From Geosiphon pyriformis uo1 (Eukaryota > Fungi > Glomeromycota): 64,000 bases of DNA. Positions 10,241 through 23,117 of the stretch are shown here, piece after piece. The stretch's first letter is position 1, and each line of letters starts with the position of its first letter. A model generated the notes under the pieces. It was not told where the DNA came from. It saw only the letters and a list, made by a program, of their open reading frames with translations, and searched no databases. Location: contig JAAOMT010000697.1 in the NCBI GenBank assembly GCA_016748015.1, positions 949,152 to 1,013,151 of the forward strand, written 5' to 3'. A program made the position numbers and the translations under genes.

Positions 10241-13200
10241 TCAGTAATAGGATGCTAATCCAATAAATCCTCTTAATTCTGTGGTATTTTGTGGAGTCTT
10301 GAAGTTTTTGACAGTGCTGATTTTTCCAGAGTCTGGTTTAATTCCATCTTGGCTAACAATGTGACCAAGAAAGGCCAAACTTGTTTTTCCGAAGTAGCAT
10401 TTTTTGATGTTCAGTTTAAATCCTGCTTTCCATAATTGTTGAAAAACTTCACGCAGGTGTTTTAAGTGTAGTTCAAAAGATGGTGAATAAACATCAGTAT
10501 CATCAAGATAGACAATTATTGATTTCCAAAGGAGGCCTTTGTAAACAACATCCATGAGTCTTTGGAATATTGCTGGTATATTGCATAATCCAAAAGGCAT
10601 TACATTGAACTTGTAATTTTCTTCTTGAGTGGTGAATGCTGTTTTGAGACAATCTTTGGGATCCATGGCAACTTGCCAGTATCCACTTTCTAAATCTAAT
10701 GTCAAAAAGTATTTGGACTTCCCAAAAGCATTTAGCATGTCATTAATTTGGGGAAAAAGGTAGACATCTCCAATGGTAACACTGTTGAATTGTTGATAAT
10801 TAACACAAAATCGTATCTTTCCATTTTTCTTTTTAACTAAAACCACAGGTAAAGCCCATGGACTCATTGATGGTTGAATAAGCCCATTGTTGAGCATCCA
10901 TTGTACTTCTTCGCAGATAAATTTGTGACTTTTTGGAGCAACTCGGTAGGCTTGCTGTTGCCTTGGTTTGGTATCTTCTGTATAGATTTAGTGTTGAACC
11001 AAATCAGTTCTTCCTAAGTCATTGTTGTTTTTAGCAAAGATATCAGCAAATTCTGCAATTAGCTCTTTGAGCTGGCTTTGTTGTTGTGGTTCAAGTTGTC
11101 CCATGTTGATTCGAGATAGTTTTTCCATGACAACATGGTAGTTTTCAGAGCTGGAGTTTGGGTTGATTTTTGGTAGTGAATATCCAATGATTTCCAAGAA
11201 ATTGGGAACTATTTGGGATAGTTCTTGTTGAAAGATATTACTGTGAATAACTCCAATTTCTAAGTTATTTAATAAAACTATGGGGAAATTGTTGGAATTG
11301 TAAAAAGTAACTTGGATTTTCTTTGTTCTTTCTGGAATATAAATGTTTGGGATTGAGATATTATGTTCCAAGCAGATTTGTTTATTGGACTCAAAAATTT
11401 GTTGTGTGTTTGTTGGTTTTTCACAAGTGTAAATCTCAGGGTGTTCTCTAAAGAGTGAAATAGTAATTGGTTGTGGAAGTCATAAAATCTGGTGAGATTT
11501 TTTCTGTTTGTTAAGGGCTATGTTTACTGGAACTGTGAATCATCCAGTTGAACCAAAACCTTGGGTTCTTCTTTCACTTTTTCCCAATAGTTCTCTTTGA
11601 TTGACTAATTGTAAACCCGAAATGTTAATTAAGAGTAAATAAATGGCTTGGGCAATTTTCTCAGCATGTTCAATTTTAAACGGCTTGTCAGTTTTATTAT
11701 GGAGTATTACTGTTATGTCACCAGTATATCCAGCATCAATTATTTCTCCTTTGACATTGATTCCTTTACTTGCCAGAAAGGACCAGGAGGTGATTTGAAC
11801 CATTGCTCTTGGTGGGATTTTGAGAGCAATTTTGAGGTTGATTTTTGTGAGAGATTTGGGTTTAAAAATGAGAGTATCCTTGTCTGGATATCTTAGGTTA
11901 TATCCAGCATCAATTTCATGTGCTTTTTCAGGTTTTATTCCTTGTCCATTGTTGTTGAAGTATTTGAGTTGTAAGACAGACTGATTTTCGATAAGATAGA
12001 TGAGTGTTGTTTCAATTTCTTCTGTTGCTTCAAGTTCTCCAAATTCAATTTCGTATTCATCACTTTTGCTGGTCAAAGGAATGCTAAGAGCGTAGCATTT
12101 AGAACACCATTGTTTATCACAAGGCATTATGCATTCCTTACATAATTTAATGTTCATTTGTTCTAGCCGTTAAGCTTGAACTTCTTTAATCAGGTAGGTG
12201 TGACTTGTGATTTGATGGTACACTTCTACTTCATTTTCATAATCAAATCCAGTTAATTCCATAATGTATTCAATGTATTCTGCTTCTTTCATTTGACGAA
12301 CATCTTCTTTGGTAGCTCTATTAACTAATGCCATTGCTAGGTCAAAAATCATCTCAGCATCATGGAAATAGTGATAAAGTTTGTTGAGAGCATTGTTGTA
12401 TGCTGCATTAAAGGGTGTTCCTCTTTTTACTTTTTCTGAAATTGATAAAGCATATTGGCAGGTCTGATCACAGACTTCTCCTCTTATTGCTACATCAATC
12501 CAATTGCATTCTTCTGGTAACATATCTCCACAAGTCAAACAAGGGGTGTTGTTTCATTTTCTGCTTCTTTTTATTAGATGGCCCTATTGTTCTCTGTGGC
12601 AAGTCTTGCAGTAATAACAAGTATGATTTTCATATTTTTCTTCAGGTGAAATGCAGACTCCCATTGAGAAGAGTTTCTTGTAACAGTCTTTGCATTTGAG
12701 CAGAATATAAGAGTGTTGTTTCTTTGGTTCTGGTTTAAAATATGGAATGTTCCATCCAAAGGTTTCTGGTTCCTCTGAATATGAGTTTGTTGCAAAATAT
12801 ATTTGCTCAGTTTCTTCAGCCCAGTTAGATGTTAATTCAATTGCCATAAATGTTTTGACTACAGGCTTTTCTTCCTCTTCTTCAAATTCGAAGACAGGAG
12901 CTTTCTCTGACCGTTTGTTGAATATATTACAAGTAGCAAGTACTCAGGCATGTTGTCCTTGATAGGAGAGTTGTAATTCTTGGGTTTTCCAGTCTAATTT
13001 TGCATTGGCTTTTTGGAGCCAATTATTTCCGACTAGGGCTTAATACTGGAGTGCATCCATTACAAGAACTTTGACTGGAATGGTAATTCCATCAAGAGTG
13101 AATGGAAAATTGTCAATTTCTCCTACTGGAGTCTTTTTCATGTCATCGGCAGTGATAATTACTGTTTGAGCTGGTCAGTCAACATTTCTCTTTAACTGTT

Positions 13201-16200
13201 GCATTAACTGGTAAGTGATAATGTTTCTGGTGGATCTATTGTTTAGGATCAAACGAATTGTTTTTATTTTGACTTCTGCTTCAGTGTATATAGCAGTGAT
13301 TGCTTTTTGTTTGTTGGTGGCTGCATTGCTAAGCAGGAATGGTGACTCATTTGCTTTGAACTCAAAAGGGAATATATCTGAAAGGTTGGCATTTTCAGCA
13401 ATTCTGGCTGGTGGGATTGTGGTAGGAGTATAAAAAGAGTTTTGTTGTTGTGCTGCAGCTCTATTTTATGAGAGTGCAGTATGGTAAAAATCCTGTTCTT
13501 CAGGTATTGTAAGATAGCTAGGTTGAGTATAATAATGGGTGGGTCTTGGCTGAGCTGGATTTCAGAGAACTAATTGGTTATTTGGGTTGATTTTGTTGTT
13601 GTTTGTTGCGAATTGGTTTTGTGGTGCAAATTGGTTTTGTTAAACCAATCTTTGAGCAGGTACTTGGTAATGTTGAATGGGTTGTCGATACTGTTGTTGC
13701 ATTGGCTGTGGAGCAGATTGATAGTAGTTGGTTTAATATTGTGGTCTTAATAGATAGTAAGCTGGTAGTAGTGGTGATTGGTAATAAGATTGTTGTGGCG
13801 AAGAGTAACATTGATTACTCCTATTTTGTTGGTCTCTTTGTAACTTCCTGCAATCTTTTTTCCAGTGACCAAGAATTCTACAGTAATGGCAATTTTGAGT
13901 CTGGTTATTAGAAAATGATGTGAAGTTGTTTTGATTCCGTCTTTGGAGTGGTTAATATCTTTGGGGTTGCTGTTGTTGTTGGTTGGTGAAATAGTTTTTG
14001 ACTTTTTTTGTGAGTTGGTCAATTTTCTCTTCAGCTGCTGAGCTGGTCTCTCCAATGGCTAAGTTCACAAGTTTTGTATAATTGGCTTCTTCCATGGCCA
14101 TTTCATATCTCTTTACATGCTGAATGGCAGAGTTTAAATCTTCTGGGACATGTGGGCAAATCTTTTTAATCAGTTTATCTTTTAAACCAGCGATAAATTG
14201 ATCCAAGATTTGAGCATCGAAATAATAATTATTAGTTTCAAGTTGGCAAATTTGTCTGAGAAGTTTGTTGAATTTTCCAATATAAGTCATGACAAATTTA
14301 GAGGGTTTTTGTTTGATATTGTGAAAATGATTTCGAAATGTGATTGAGATATTGTTATCGGTGAATTGTTCTAAGAAAACAGTTTTGAAAGCTGTCCAGT
14401 CATTAAAAGGGGTGGTCAAGTTTTCGAACCATTCGCCTGCTGTTTCTTTGAAAAAGTAGGAAATTGTTCTTAACATTCTGGCAGCATTCCATCTATTTGC
14501 ATCTCCAGCTTTAGTAATTTGGTTGAGCCATTCTTGGGGATTGGTTTCAATGTCTTCTCCATTAAATTCAGGGATTTTTGCGATGTATGCTGTCATTTTG
14601 TTTTCTTTGTTTTCACTGTTTATTGATTCTTTTTCAGATATTTCAGAGTCGTTTTCTTCATTCACTGCTGTCTCAGAGTGTTCACTTCGATTTTTAGCTA
14701 GAAAGTCAAGAAGATTGGAACTAGTTTAAAGGGGTTCTTGTTGTCTGGTGGGACTTCTGGGTGATGTAAAATTTTCTAATCTTGCAAATCAATTTAAGAG
14801 TGAGTTAGGTGTTTGTGCTTATGCAAGTGAAATTGGAAAAGGTGTGATAGTAAGTAGAAGTTTTGAACTGGTTCCTTGTTCAGGTGTTTGTAAGTGTTTG
14901 GCAGTTGTTTTTGGTAGTATTGGAGTATTTGGAGTGGTTTTTGAGTATTGCTTCAATTTTTGTTTGCCTTTGTTGCTTGTTTCTGTCTCTGATTTAAAAT
15001 CAATAGAATATTGAGACTGCATTGGATATGTTTCTTCACAGTACTTGATAATGTTAAAATTAAGTTTTTGAAAGTAAGTGGCAAGTGTTTCATTGTTAAG
15101 GTCTTCAGTTCCCAACTGTGAATAGTGTACTAAATTATTGTAAAGATTGCTTCTAACTTCTGAAATATTGTAATTTCCAAAAAGATAATTGTTGATGCAG
15201 TGTTACTAATAGAATTTTAGCTATTAATTAGCATGAAATTATTCTTATAATTCTTATAATTCATTAATATATTAATATCATTTCAAATTATCATTTAGTA
15301 TTTAATCAATTATTACATATCACAATTCAATTAAAATAATCCAATTAGTATAACAGAAAGTAGGATGATCAAATTACACAATACTCTGAACTTTGTAACA
15401 TTCAAAAATTCGCCGAAATTTACAGAAATTTGCCGAAATTATGAATAGTTCACCCAAATTAATCAATAGTTTAGCAAAATAACTTGTAGTTTATCAAAAT
15501 GTATCTTTAGTTTGCCAAAATTTGAGCAAAGAGAAAAAGTGCAAGTTCATAGACTAGTATTACAACAAGTTGTATAAAAGAAGAGCTTTTCTTTTTTGGA
15601 AAATGTATCTTACTTTAGATTTATCACTTAGAACCATTCTTATACACACAAAAAGAAATAAATATCAAATAAATTTGAAAAACCAAATTTTTTAATTATT
15701 GCACTTGGAAAATCCCCAAAACCCAACTAAACATTTTGAAATTGATTAGCTACCAATTTCAGTAAACTGTTAGTAACTCCAGGCCTGAATAGAAAACGTT
15801 TCTCTTGATAAAATTCTATTTCTTTTATATTTCTTTTATTTTTCTTTCTTTTCTTATTACAATCATTAGGGTAGCCTACAGATGAGATTCCTGTAGAAGA
15901 GTTGACTTTTATAGCAAAGTAACTACACATTTTAGTGAGCTTCCAGATGAGCAATTACTGGGAAAGAGTTAATGTTTACTACAACATAACTACATAAAGT
16001 AACTGGCAAGAAATTGGCCATTCCACTTATAAGCCCAGCAGTTCAAATTATAGGAGATAATTTGAAGATAAAATTTAGTTATTGGAGGTTCAACCACATC
16101 CAGAAAACGTGAATTTACAACAAACAGGCATCAACAACATTTAAGAAAAGAGACCAAAAACCTCCAATAACAGCAGTTTTTAATGTATTGGTATACTGAT

Positions 16201-16330
16201 TTCTTGACAACTTCAATTCCGTCTGGAATGTTAAATCTTTGCTTGCAGTAGATGTAAATTGACTAATAATACTTTAGAGTTGTTGCATCTGGTGTGGTCA
16301 CCACTTTGAAGTTGTTTTTGCTGTGTTGTT
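10241..16330 (-). pseudogene. Gag-PR-Cys-rich-dUTPase-RT of element B (split by solo LTR)
   Basis: ORF pieces at 13952-14665 (capsid), 12170-12847 (Cys-rich), 11540-12157 (DAGYNL, IIDAGYTG, KIAQAI, QGFGSTG) and 10241-10897 (RT). The 5' boundary is approximate. Confidence 0.88.
15201..16172 (+). mobile_element. Solo LTR of the B/G family, inverted relative to B
   Basis: TGTTACT...AATAACA, perfect 4-bp TSD gcag (15197-15200 / 16173-16176). Reverse complement of 16350-17281 and of 52421-53393. Confidence 0.93.
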
Positions 16331-16349
16331 TTTGTAGGAGAGCACCAAA

Positions 16350-16741
16350 TATTACCGGAGGTTTTTGGTCTCTTCTTAGCTCTTGTATGTTTGTTGTAAT
16401 ACTGTTAATTCACAACTATGGAAAGTGTTTGAACCTCCGATAACTAAATTTTTTCTTCAAATTATCTCTTATAATTTGAACAGCTGGGCTTATAAGTAAA
16501 ATGACCAATTCCGTGCCAGTTACTTGTGTAGTTACATTGTAGTAAATGTTAACTCTTTTCTAGGAATTACTTGTCTAGAAGCTCACTAAAAAAATATGTA
16601 GTTACTTTGCTGTAAAAGTCAATTTTTTTTCAGGAATCTTGTCTGTAGGCTACCCTAATGATTGTAATAAAAAAAGAAAAAAATAAAAGAAATGTAAAAG
16701 AAATAGAATTCTGTCAAGGGAAACGTTTTCTATCCAGGCCT

Positions 16742-16792
<51 letters not shown>

Positions 16793-17281
16793 GTTTTTCG
16801 AATTATTTGATATTTATTTTTTTTTGTGTGTGTGTAAATGGTTCTAAGTGATAAATCTAAAGTAAGATATATTTTCTCAAAGAGAGAAGCTCTTTTTTTA
16901 TACAACTTGTTGTAACACTATTCCATAAACTTGAACTTTGCTTTTTTCTACAATTTTACTAAACTAAAAATACATTTCGGCAAACTACAAGTTATTTCTG
17001 TGAACTATTAGATATTTTGGTAAACTATCAATTATTTCAGCGAATTTCTACAAATTTTGGCAAACTTTTGAATGTTATATATTTCGGGGTATTGCATGAT
17101 TAATCATTGCAATTAGGTTACTTTTGTGTTATATACAAATTGGGTTATTAATTAAATGATAACTTTGGACATTTTGCTAATGTAATAAGTGATAATTTGA
17201 ATGATAATATATGCTAATTAATGATAGGAATTATAAAGATAATTTCATGTTAAATAATATCTCTAATTTCGTTTGGTAACA
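16350..17281 (-). repeat. 5' LTR of element B
   Basis: Minus strand begins TGTTACC and ends GGTAATA (decayed GGTAACA), followed by TT-TGGTGCTCTCC PBS. Contains a 46-nt T run at 16746-16791. Confidence 0.92.
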
Positions 17282-17397
17282 CTGGTTACATGTGGAAAAT
17301 GCATAATTCATGCCTAGTTTAGATCATTTCTTTGATATATAGTACTAAGTAGTGTTTGAATTTTACTTGTTAAGCTAATAATAATAATAATAATAAT
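17282..17397 (+). mobile_element. 3' end of a LINE with (TAA)n tail; target site of element B
   Basis: Aligns by eye to the 3' UTRs of the two other LINEs (ctgg..a.atgt..aa.tgcat.a...tagttt...gtacta..tag...tttac..gttaa...taataa) and ends in (TAA)7. Confidence 0.7.
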
Positions 17398-18120
17398 ATT
17401 TTTAATTTTTAATTTTTTAATTTTTATTATTATATTTGGTTTAAATTAATTGTAATTGTCTAAAAAATAACTTTAGTACAAAAATTAAAATACATTTTTT
17501 AAAATTTAAAAAATATTATTAATATATATATATATAATTTTTAAATTAAAATATATATAAAAAAATTTAAATATAATTATTATTTAAAAAGTAAAAATAT
17601 TATTTTTACAATTATAATAAATAATAATAAAACTTTTTTAAACTAATTAAAAACTGTTTTATTTTATTAAAAAAAATATTTTTATTATATTTTATTTAAT
17701 TATTTTTAATTATTATAGAAAAAATAATAATTTTTTATTTTTGCTTTTATTATAATATAAAAATAAAATAAAAATTTTGTAATTTAACAAAAAAAATTTT
17801 TTTTAATTTTAATTAATATAATATATTGAATTTAATAATTAATTAATTTAATATATATTATTTATAATAAAAAAATTATTTATTATATGTTATAAAACAT
17901 ATTAATATAAAAATATTACTTTTTAAATTTTAAAGACAAAAACTTATTAAAAAATACTTTATTATTTATATTATTAAATTTATAATATTTTATAAATATT
18001 TTTAATTAACTTTAAACATTAAAAAAATAATTATTGTTTAAAAAATAATTTACAAATTAACTTTAAGAAAACATTTAAAACCAATATATATAATAATATA
18101 AATATAATTAAAACTACTAA
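17398..18120. other. Extremely AT-rich low-complexity intergenic tract
   Basis: Almost only A/T, no ORFs. Confidence 0.9.
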
Positions 18121-18255
18121 TAAAAGTTTCTTCAACTTCAAACCAATGCTTGGTATTGTCTATTATTGATGGTAAAAATAATATTGAAGTTTTTGTCTTT
18201 CTCAATTTGGACTCGGCAAGAAAATTTCTACCAAATTTAGGTGGAATTATCCCAA

Positions 18256-18284
18256 ACGCGTCTCAAGTTTTCAATTTGACGCGT
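18256..18284 (+). promoter_or_regulatory. Two MCB-type (ACGCGT) boxes in the TOP3 promoter
   Basis: ACGCGT at 18256-18261 and 18279-18284, 40-65 nt upstream of the ATG, in an otherwise CpG-poor window. Confidence 0.6.
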
Positions 18285-18321
18285 CTATCAAGATAGCAAT
18301 TATAACGTCAAATTTGCACTT

Positions 18322-21300
18322 ATGAAGTATCTGTGCGTTGCCGAGAAGCCCTCAGTAGCCAAGTCTGTTGCACATATTCTAGCCAATTGTCTTGCCCACA
18401 CTACCCCTCAAACGGTAAATTTGAGTGTTATAGGGGATCTAAAACCCATACCAATTTCGACTCACGAATAAGTCGCTTGTAATTTGAAGGGTTCTTCGGA
18501 AAATCAATATATAAAAAATTACACCTTTTCTTTTCAAGACAACAGTGGGAATCGTAATGAGGTCACTGTTACTGCCGTACTTGGACATTTGACCAGTATT
18601 GATTTTACCTCAGGTCATGGTTGGAGTGACTGTAATCCAATAGCTCTCTTTGATGCTCCAATAGAAACCAAAATCCTGGAGGTATTAGTGGAACTTTGAG
18701 CCTACACAATATTCTATTTATTCTATAAATAAAACAACTTTATTTTGAAAGGCAATGATAGGGGTAGCTCAAAATCTTAAGAACAAGGTATGGAGTGCGA
18801 ATTGCCTCATGATCTGGACAGACTGTGATCGTGAAGGAGAAAATATTGGAAAAGAGGTTGTGGAAGTATGTCGCCAACGAAACCCAAGGATCATTATAAA
18901 ACGGGCTCGTTTTTCGGCTATAGAGTCACGGTGAGTTTCAATAGGTCACTTGTTTGGTAGTAGGATTCTAGGCTGCCGCTAATATTTATTTAATCAAACC
19001 TCAGCGCTATTCTCAATGCTTGGTTGACTTCTGTTAACTCTTCACAAGAACAGTTAGACATGCATCAATCCGATGCAGTTGAGGCTCGAATGGAACTCGA
19101 TCTACGTGTAGGTGCTGCATTCACCCGATACCAAACTCTCGGCTTTCAAAAAGAGTTTCAAAGGCTCGATTCCGAAGGTGTAATAAGCTTTGGTAAGAAG
19201 CCAAGCATATCTCAAATTACTATGGAAACTAATTCATAATGTGCATACTTTATAAGGTCCTTGTCAGATCCCAACTCTTGGCTTTGTTGTTGATCGTTGG
19301 GAACAAAGAGAAAATTTCACCGTTGAAAAATATTGGTATATAGAAGTAATTATTAAACACCAAAATAAAGAGGTGAACTTTCGTTGGGTTAAAGAACAGT
19401 ATCAAAACGAAATTCAAATAAATGAAGCAAACAACAATCAAAAAACAAAAACAGAATACAATTGCTATGTTGAACTATTCGTTGATGCATACATAGTCAT
19501 GTTGTCTGGAAAGGACGCTATTATAGACATGGTGAAATCAGTTCCAAAATCAAAATGGTAGGAATTTTGATGGAATATCTTGTATTGACTTTAAGCTGAA
19601 GACTGAGAAGATCCATTCTTAAATTCAATAGATATCTTTTTATAAGGATCTTAGTACTCAGCTAATCTTTCGTATTGGTGATTAACCAGATAAGAAAATT
19701 TAAATTTTCATAGGAAACCGCGTCCTTTGACAACTGTAGAACTTTTGAAACTTGCGGCAAGATTTTTGCGACTTAATTCTCAATCAGCAATGATCGTAAG
19801 GAACATGTTTCTTTTATCCTTGTAATTCTTTCATTGTTTTTGCTCATCTCATTCTTTGAACGATAATCTAGTCAGCTGAACGATTATACAACCAGGGTTT
19901 CATTACCTATCCCAGAACTGATACTGATCAGTTCCCACCAAATACGGATTTTAAAGGGATTATCGGAGAACTCAAGGGTGGTGCTGAAGCTGAACTAAAC
20001 CGTGGACAAAATAATTCAACTGATCAAGGCGCTTTCGATTGGATACCGTTCGCTGAAAGGTAAAGGGCTCTCTACTTTTACGAGAACAATTAATATTTAT
20101 GATCTTAACTTAGTTTGTACTATTTCAGTTTGTTAAACGACAAGTTTCGAACCCCTCGAAACGGGCAGAAGAATGATGGAGCCCATCCCCCTATTCATCC
20201 GATAAGATATCCGTCATCCTATCTCCAGCATAGGGAAGACCAGGATCTTTATAATTTCATCCTAAAATATTTTTTGGCTTCATGTGCTGATGATGCCAAA
20301 GGACAAGAAACTATTGTTGAAATCAAGGTTGAGGAAGAAACATTTCGCGCCACAGGTATTTCATAATTATGAATTTATTATCTGCATAAAAATTCAAATT
20401 TAAGTAATTTTTTAGGTCTTGTAATTTTGGAGCGCAACTGGCTTGAAGTATATCCTTATGAGAAATGGGGCGAGCGTGATATACCTAATTTTCGAGACGG
20501 ACAGATTTACAAAGACCCAATTGTCTTGAAAAAAGAGGGGAGAACGACTGCCCCCGAATTACTTACTGAGGCCGATTTAATTACATGCCTATATGAAAAC
20601 GGAATCGGTAGGTTTAGCAATCCTTTCTGTTTGGTATAGTTTGTCATCATCATTGACAATATTTAATGAAAAAGGAACGGATGCTACGATTTCCGAACAT
20701 ATATCAAAAATATTTATTCGCAATTATGCGGATAAATTAAGAGAGGGTCAAAAAGAATATATTTATCCCTTAGAATTAGGTTTGGCTTTAATACATGGAT
20801 ACAGAGAAATCGGATATGAATCATCGTTATCCAAACCTTTCTTGAGGCGAAAAGTAACCATATTAATGATGCAAATTCAACAATTTGATTTTTCATTACT
20901 CAGCATACTATTAATTCATTGGTATCAATTTGTCGGCCAGTTAGAAGAAGAACTTCAACAAATCTGTGATAATCAAAAAACAAAAGGTGAAGTTGTCGCA
21001 ACGTTTGTTGACAAATATCGTAATATGTATTCGATGACGGTACAAGAAGAGGCAAAAATTATTCAGGTTTTTATCTCATCTAAAACGGCTCATCAAAAGC
21101 TTCAGATCAATACAAAATAGTGATACCATTAAAAACAAAATCTAGGCGTTTATGCGTCATTTCGGCCCTCCTGTTTGTAGCGATCCCGACGGATCATACA
21201 TAGTTGGATCAAGAAAAATTGAAAGGAGAAGAGTAAGGCAAAATTTCGTCTCTTAAAAAATACTTGTGTTCGATATTGTAATAATGAGTTACATTATCCA

Positions 21301-21761
21301 CCACAACCATTTTAGTCGCTCATCAATCCTTTTAACATCAAACTATACTTCGTATTTGACATCACAATTCGCCATTTTGATATTCTCATTAACGGTTTAT
21401 TAAATTCCCTTAGTTTCAAGCTCCAAATAATGTAAATGGCTCGATGAACGTCCAAAACTCTTGTTATGGATGTGGACAGGTATTAACATAATCCGCAACA
21501 CGATATAATACACATTGAATTCAATTTGAGTAGATAATAGCTGATAATTATCCTGTTATTATTTAGCCTGGTCATTTTGCCAATGCTTGTCCAAGTCGTC
21601 AAACTAGTGGAACTAGTAATGGCTCAAGTAGATCATATCCCCAAACACGTCAAAATAGCCGAAGCACAAGGGGGGTACCTTCAGGCGGCGGAACCGGCGG
21701 CAGGGGCCAGCGTAGGGGAGCTGCTAGAAGATCAAGGCAGAATCTTGATGAATGGGAATAG
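18322..21761 (+). CDS. TOP3: DNA topoisomerase III (type IA, TOP3/TOP3A-like), spliced, with C-terminal CCHC knuckle and Gly/Arg-rich tail
   Basis: GT-AG exons: 18322-18414, 18490-18681, 18752-18930, 19005-19192, 19257-19557, 19714-19795, 19872-20059, 20129-20355, 20416-20607, 20675-20853, 20941-21066, 21146-21232, (21316-21351 uncertain), 21414-21479, 21567-21761. Motifs: [40 protein letters not shown], catalytic GFITYPRT (Tyr at 19908), AHPPIHP, GIGTDAT. Confidence 0.96.
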
Positions 21762-21959
21762 TGTTTTCTATTAACATTCGAAAGTTGAGACAATTAATAT
21801 TGATTAAAAAGATCAAGCTACCATTACATAATTTTAATTCTAGTCTCAATTCAATCATTATTTTGGATAATCATGTGGTTTTTCTGTAATAAAAAATTTA
21901 TTTTCGTATGAAGGACCAGGTTAAGTTGGTTTAGATTTAATAGATTGCGATCAATGTAA

Positions 21960-22995
21960 TATTTAATTGTAACTTTAAATCATATAATTACAAGTCATAT
22001 AATATTTATTCTAAATATAATCTAGCATTATACGCGAAAAATTGGTTCCATTTTTTAATTAAAAACTTATTATTCTTATTTTTGAAAACTAACTTTTAAA
22101 ATATTATAAACAATTATATTTTTATTAATTATTATTACTATTAAAAAGCTTACAAAAAAATCTTAACATTGTTATTTAAATTTCATGTCAATTAAACTCG
22201 TAAATATTCAATGTATTGTTAATGTGAAATATAATTTAAATTTAAATATTTTAATTAATTATTAATTATTATAAAGTATTCAACTTTATAACATGTAAAA
22301 TTACAATATTATAAATAATTTTTATAATATTAATTTATAATATTAATAAAAATTTATAATTTTGTTATTTAACAAAAATTCTATAAAAAATTAAAAAATT
22401 AATAATAATAAATTTTTTTAAAATTGTTTAAAATTGTTTAAAATATAGTTTAATTATAACTTGACTTTATATAATATTATTATTATATATTAAACTTAAA
22501 ATTATATATATATTATTTTTAATCAATTATTTAAACCAATTAAAACTACTTTAAATTACTACTGTAAATTTTTTATTAAACATTATTTTTAAAAATTATT
22601 TACTAAAAATCTTTAATAATAATTAAAAAACAAAATTCTAAATTAATAAAAATTATATTATAAATAATATAATAATATTAATATATAAAATAATTAATTT
22701 TTTTAATATTTTAACTAAGTATAATTTTACCAAAATCTATTTTATTTTTATTTTTAAATATTAGACTACAGATTTAACTTATATTTTTTATAATATATAG
22801 CTAATTATTTAATAAATACTTATCTATTTTTTAAATTAAAACACTTAATATTTTAATTTTATCAAAATATTTGGCAAAAAAATATTTGTTTTTAATAAGT
22901 TTTTGTAAATATTTTTTAATTGTATTTTTATTAAACTTATTTTATTTTTTAATATATTATATATGTTTTTATAATTAATATTAAGATTAAAGCAT
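21960..22995. other. Extremely AT-rich low-complexity intergenic tract
   Basis: Near-pure A/T between TOP3 and LINE-1st. Confidence 0.9.
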
Positions 22996-23117
22996 AAAAC
23001 TTCTTTCTCTCTTACCTCCACAAATCCCCAAAAAGTGCATTTCTGAAAAAAAAGTTTTTTGTTTTTTTAGTCTCTATCGATATTTTTTTATCTAATAGTA
23101 ACCTATTTTTTGTGGAT

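Larger units (their letters stand above)
1..17281 (-). mobile_element. Ty3/Gypsy LTR retrotransposon B (5' part; interrupted by A and by a solo LTR; 3' end outside window)
   Basis: 5' LTR 16350-17281 and PBS 16337-16347. Gag capsid ORF 13952-14665, zinc knuckle, protease remnant, dUTPase 11540-12157, RT 10241-10897 with YLDD. Continues at 1-190. Confidence 0.93.

Noticed and set aside
15727-16905. Small ORFs in LTRs (15727-15954, 16714-16905, also 894-1112, 9993-10184, 39902-40087, 46803-47057, 52663-53044)
   Set aside because: Short, low-complexity or antisense, with no motifs. They recur only because the LTRs are repeated.
15201-17281. DNA transposon or foldback element with long TIRs
   Set aside because: Each arm is a TG...CA LTR. 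One has its own TSD and the other is followed by a PBS.
21577-21774. 65-aa ORF after TOP3
   Set aside because: Off-frame reading of the last TOP3 exon.
22032-22039. SCB-like ACGCGAAA downstream of TOP3
   Set aside because: Single copy with no adjacent gene start, so there is no support for function.
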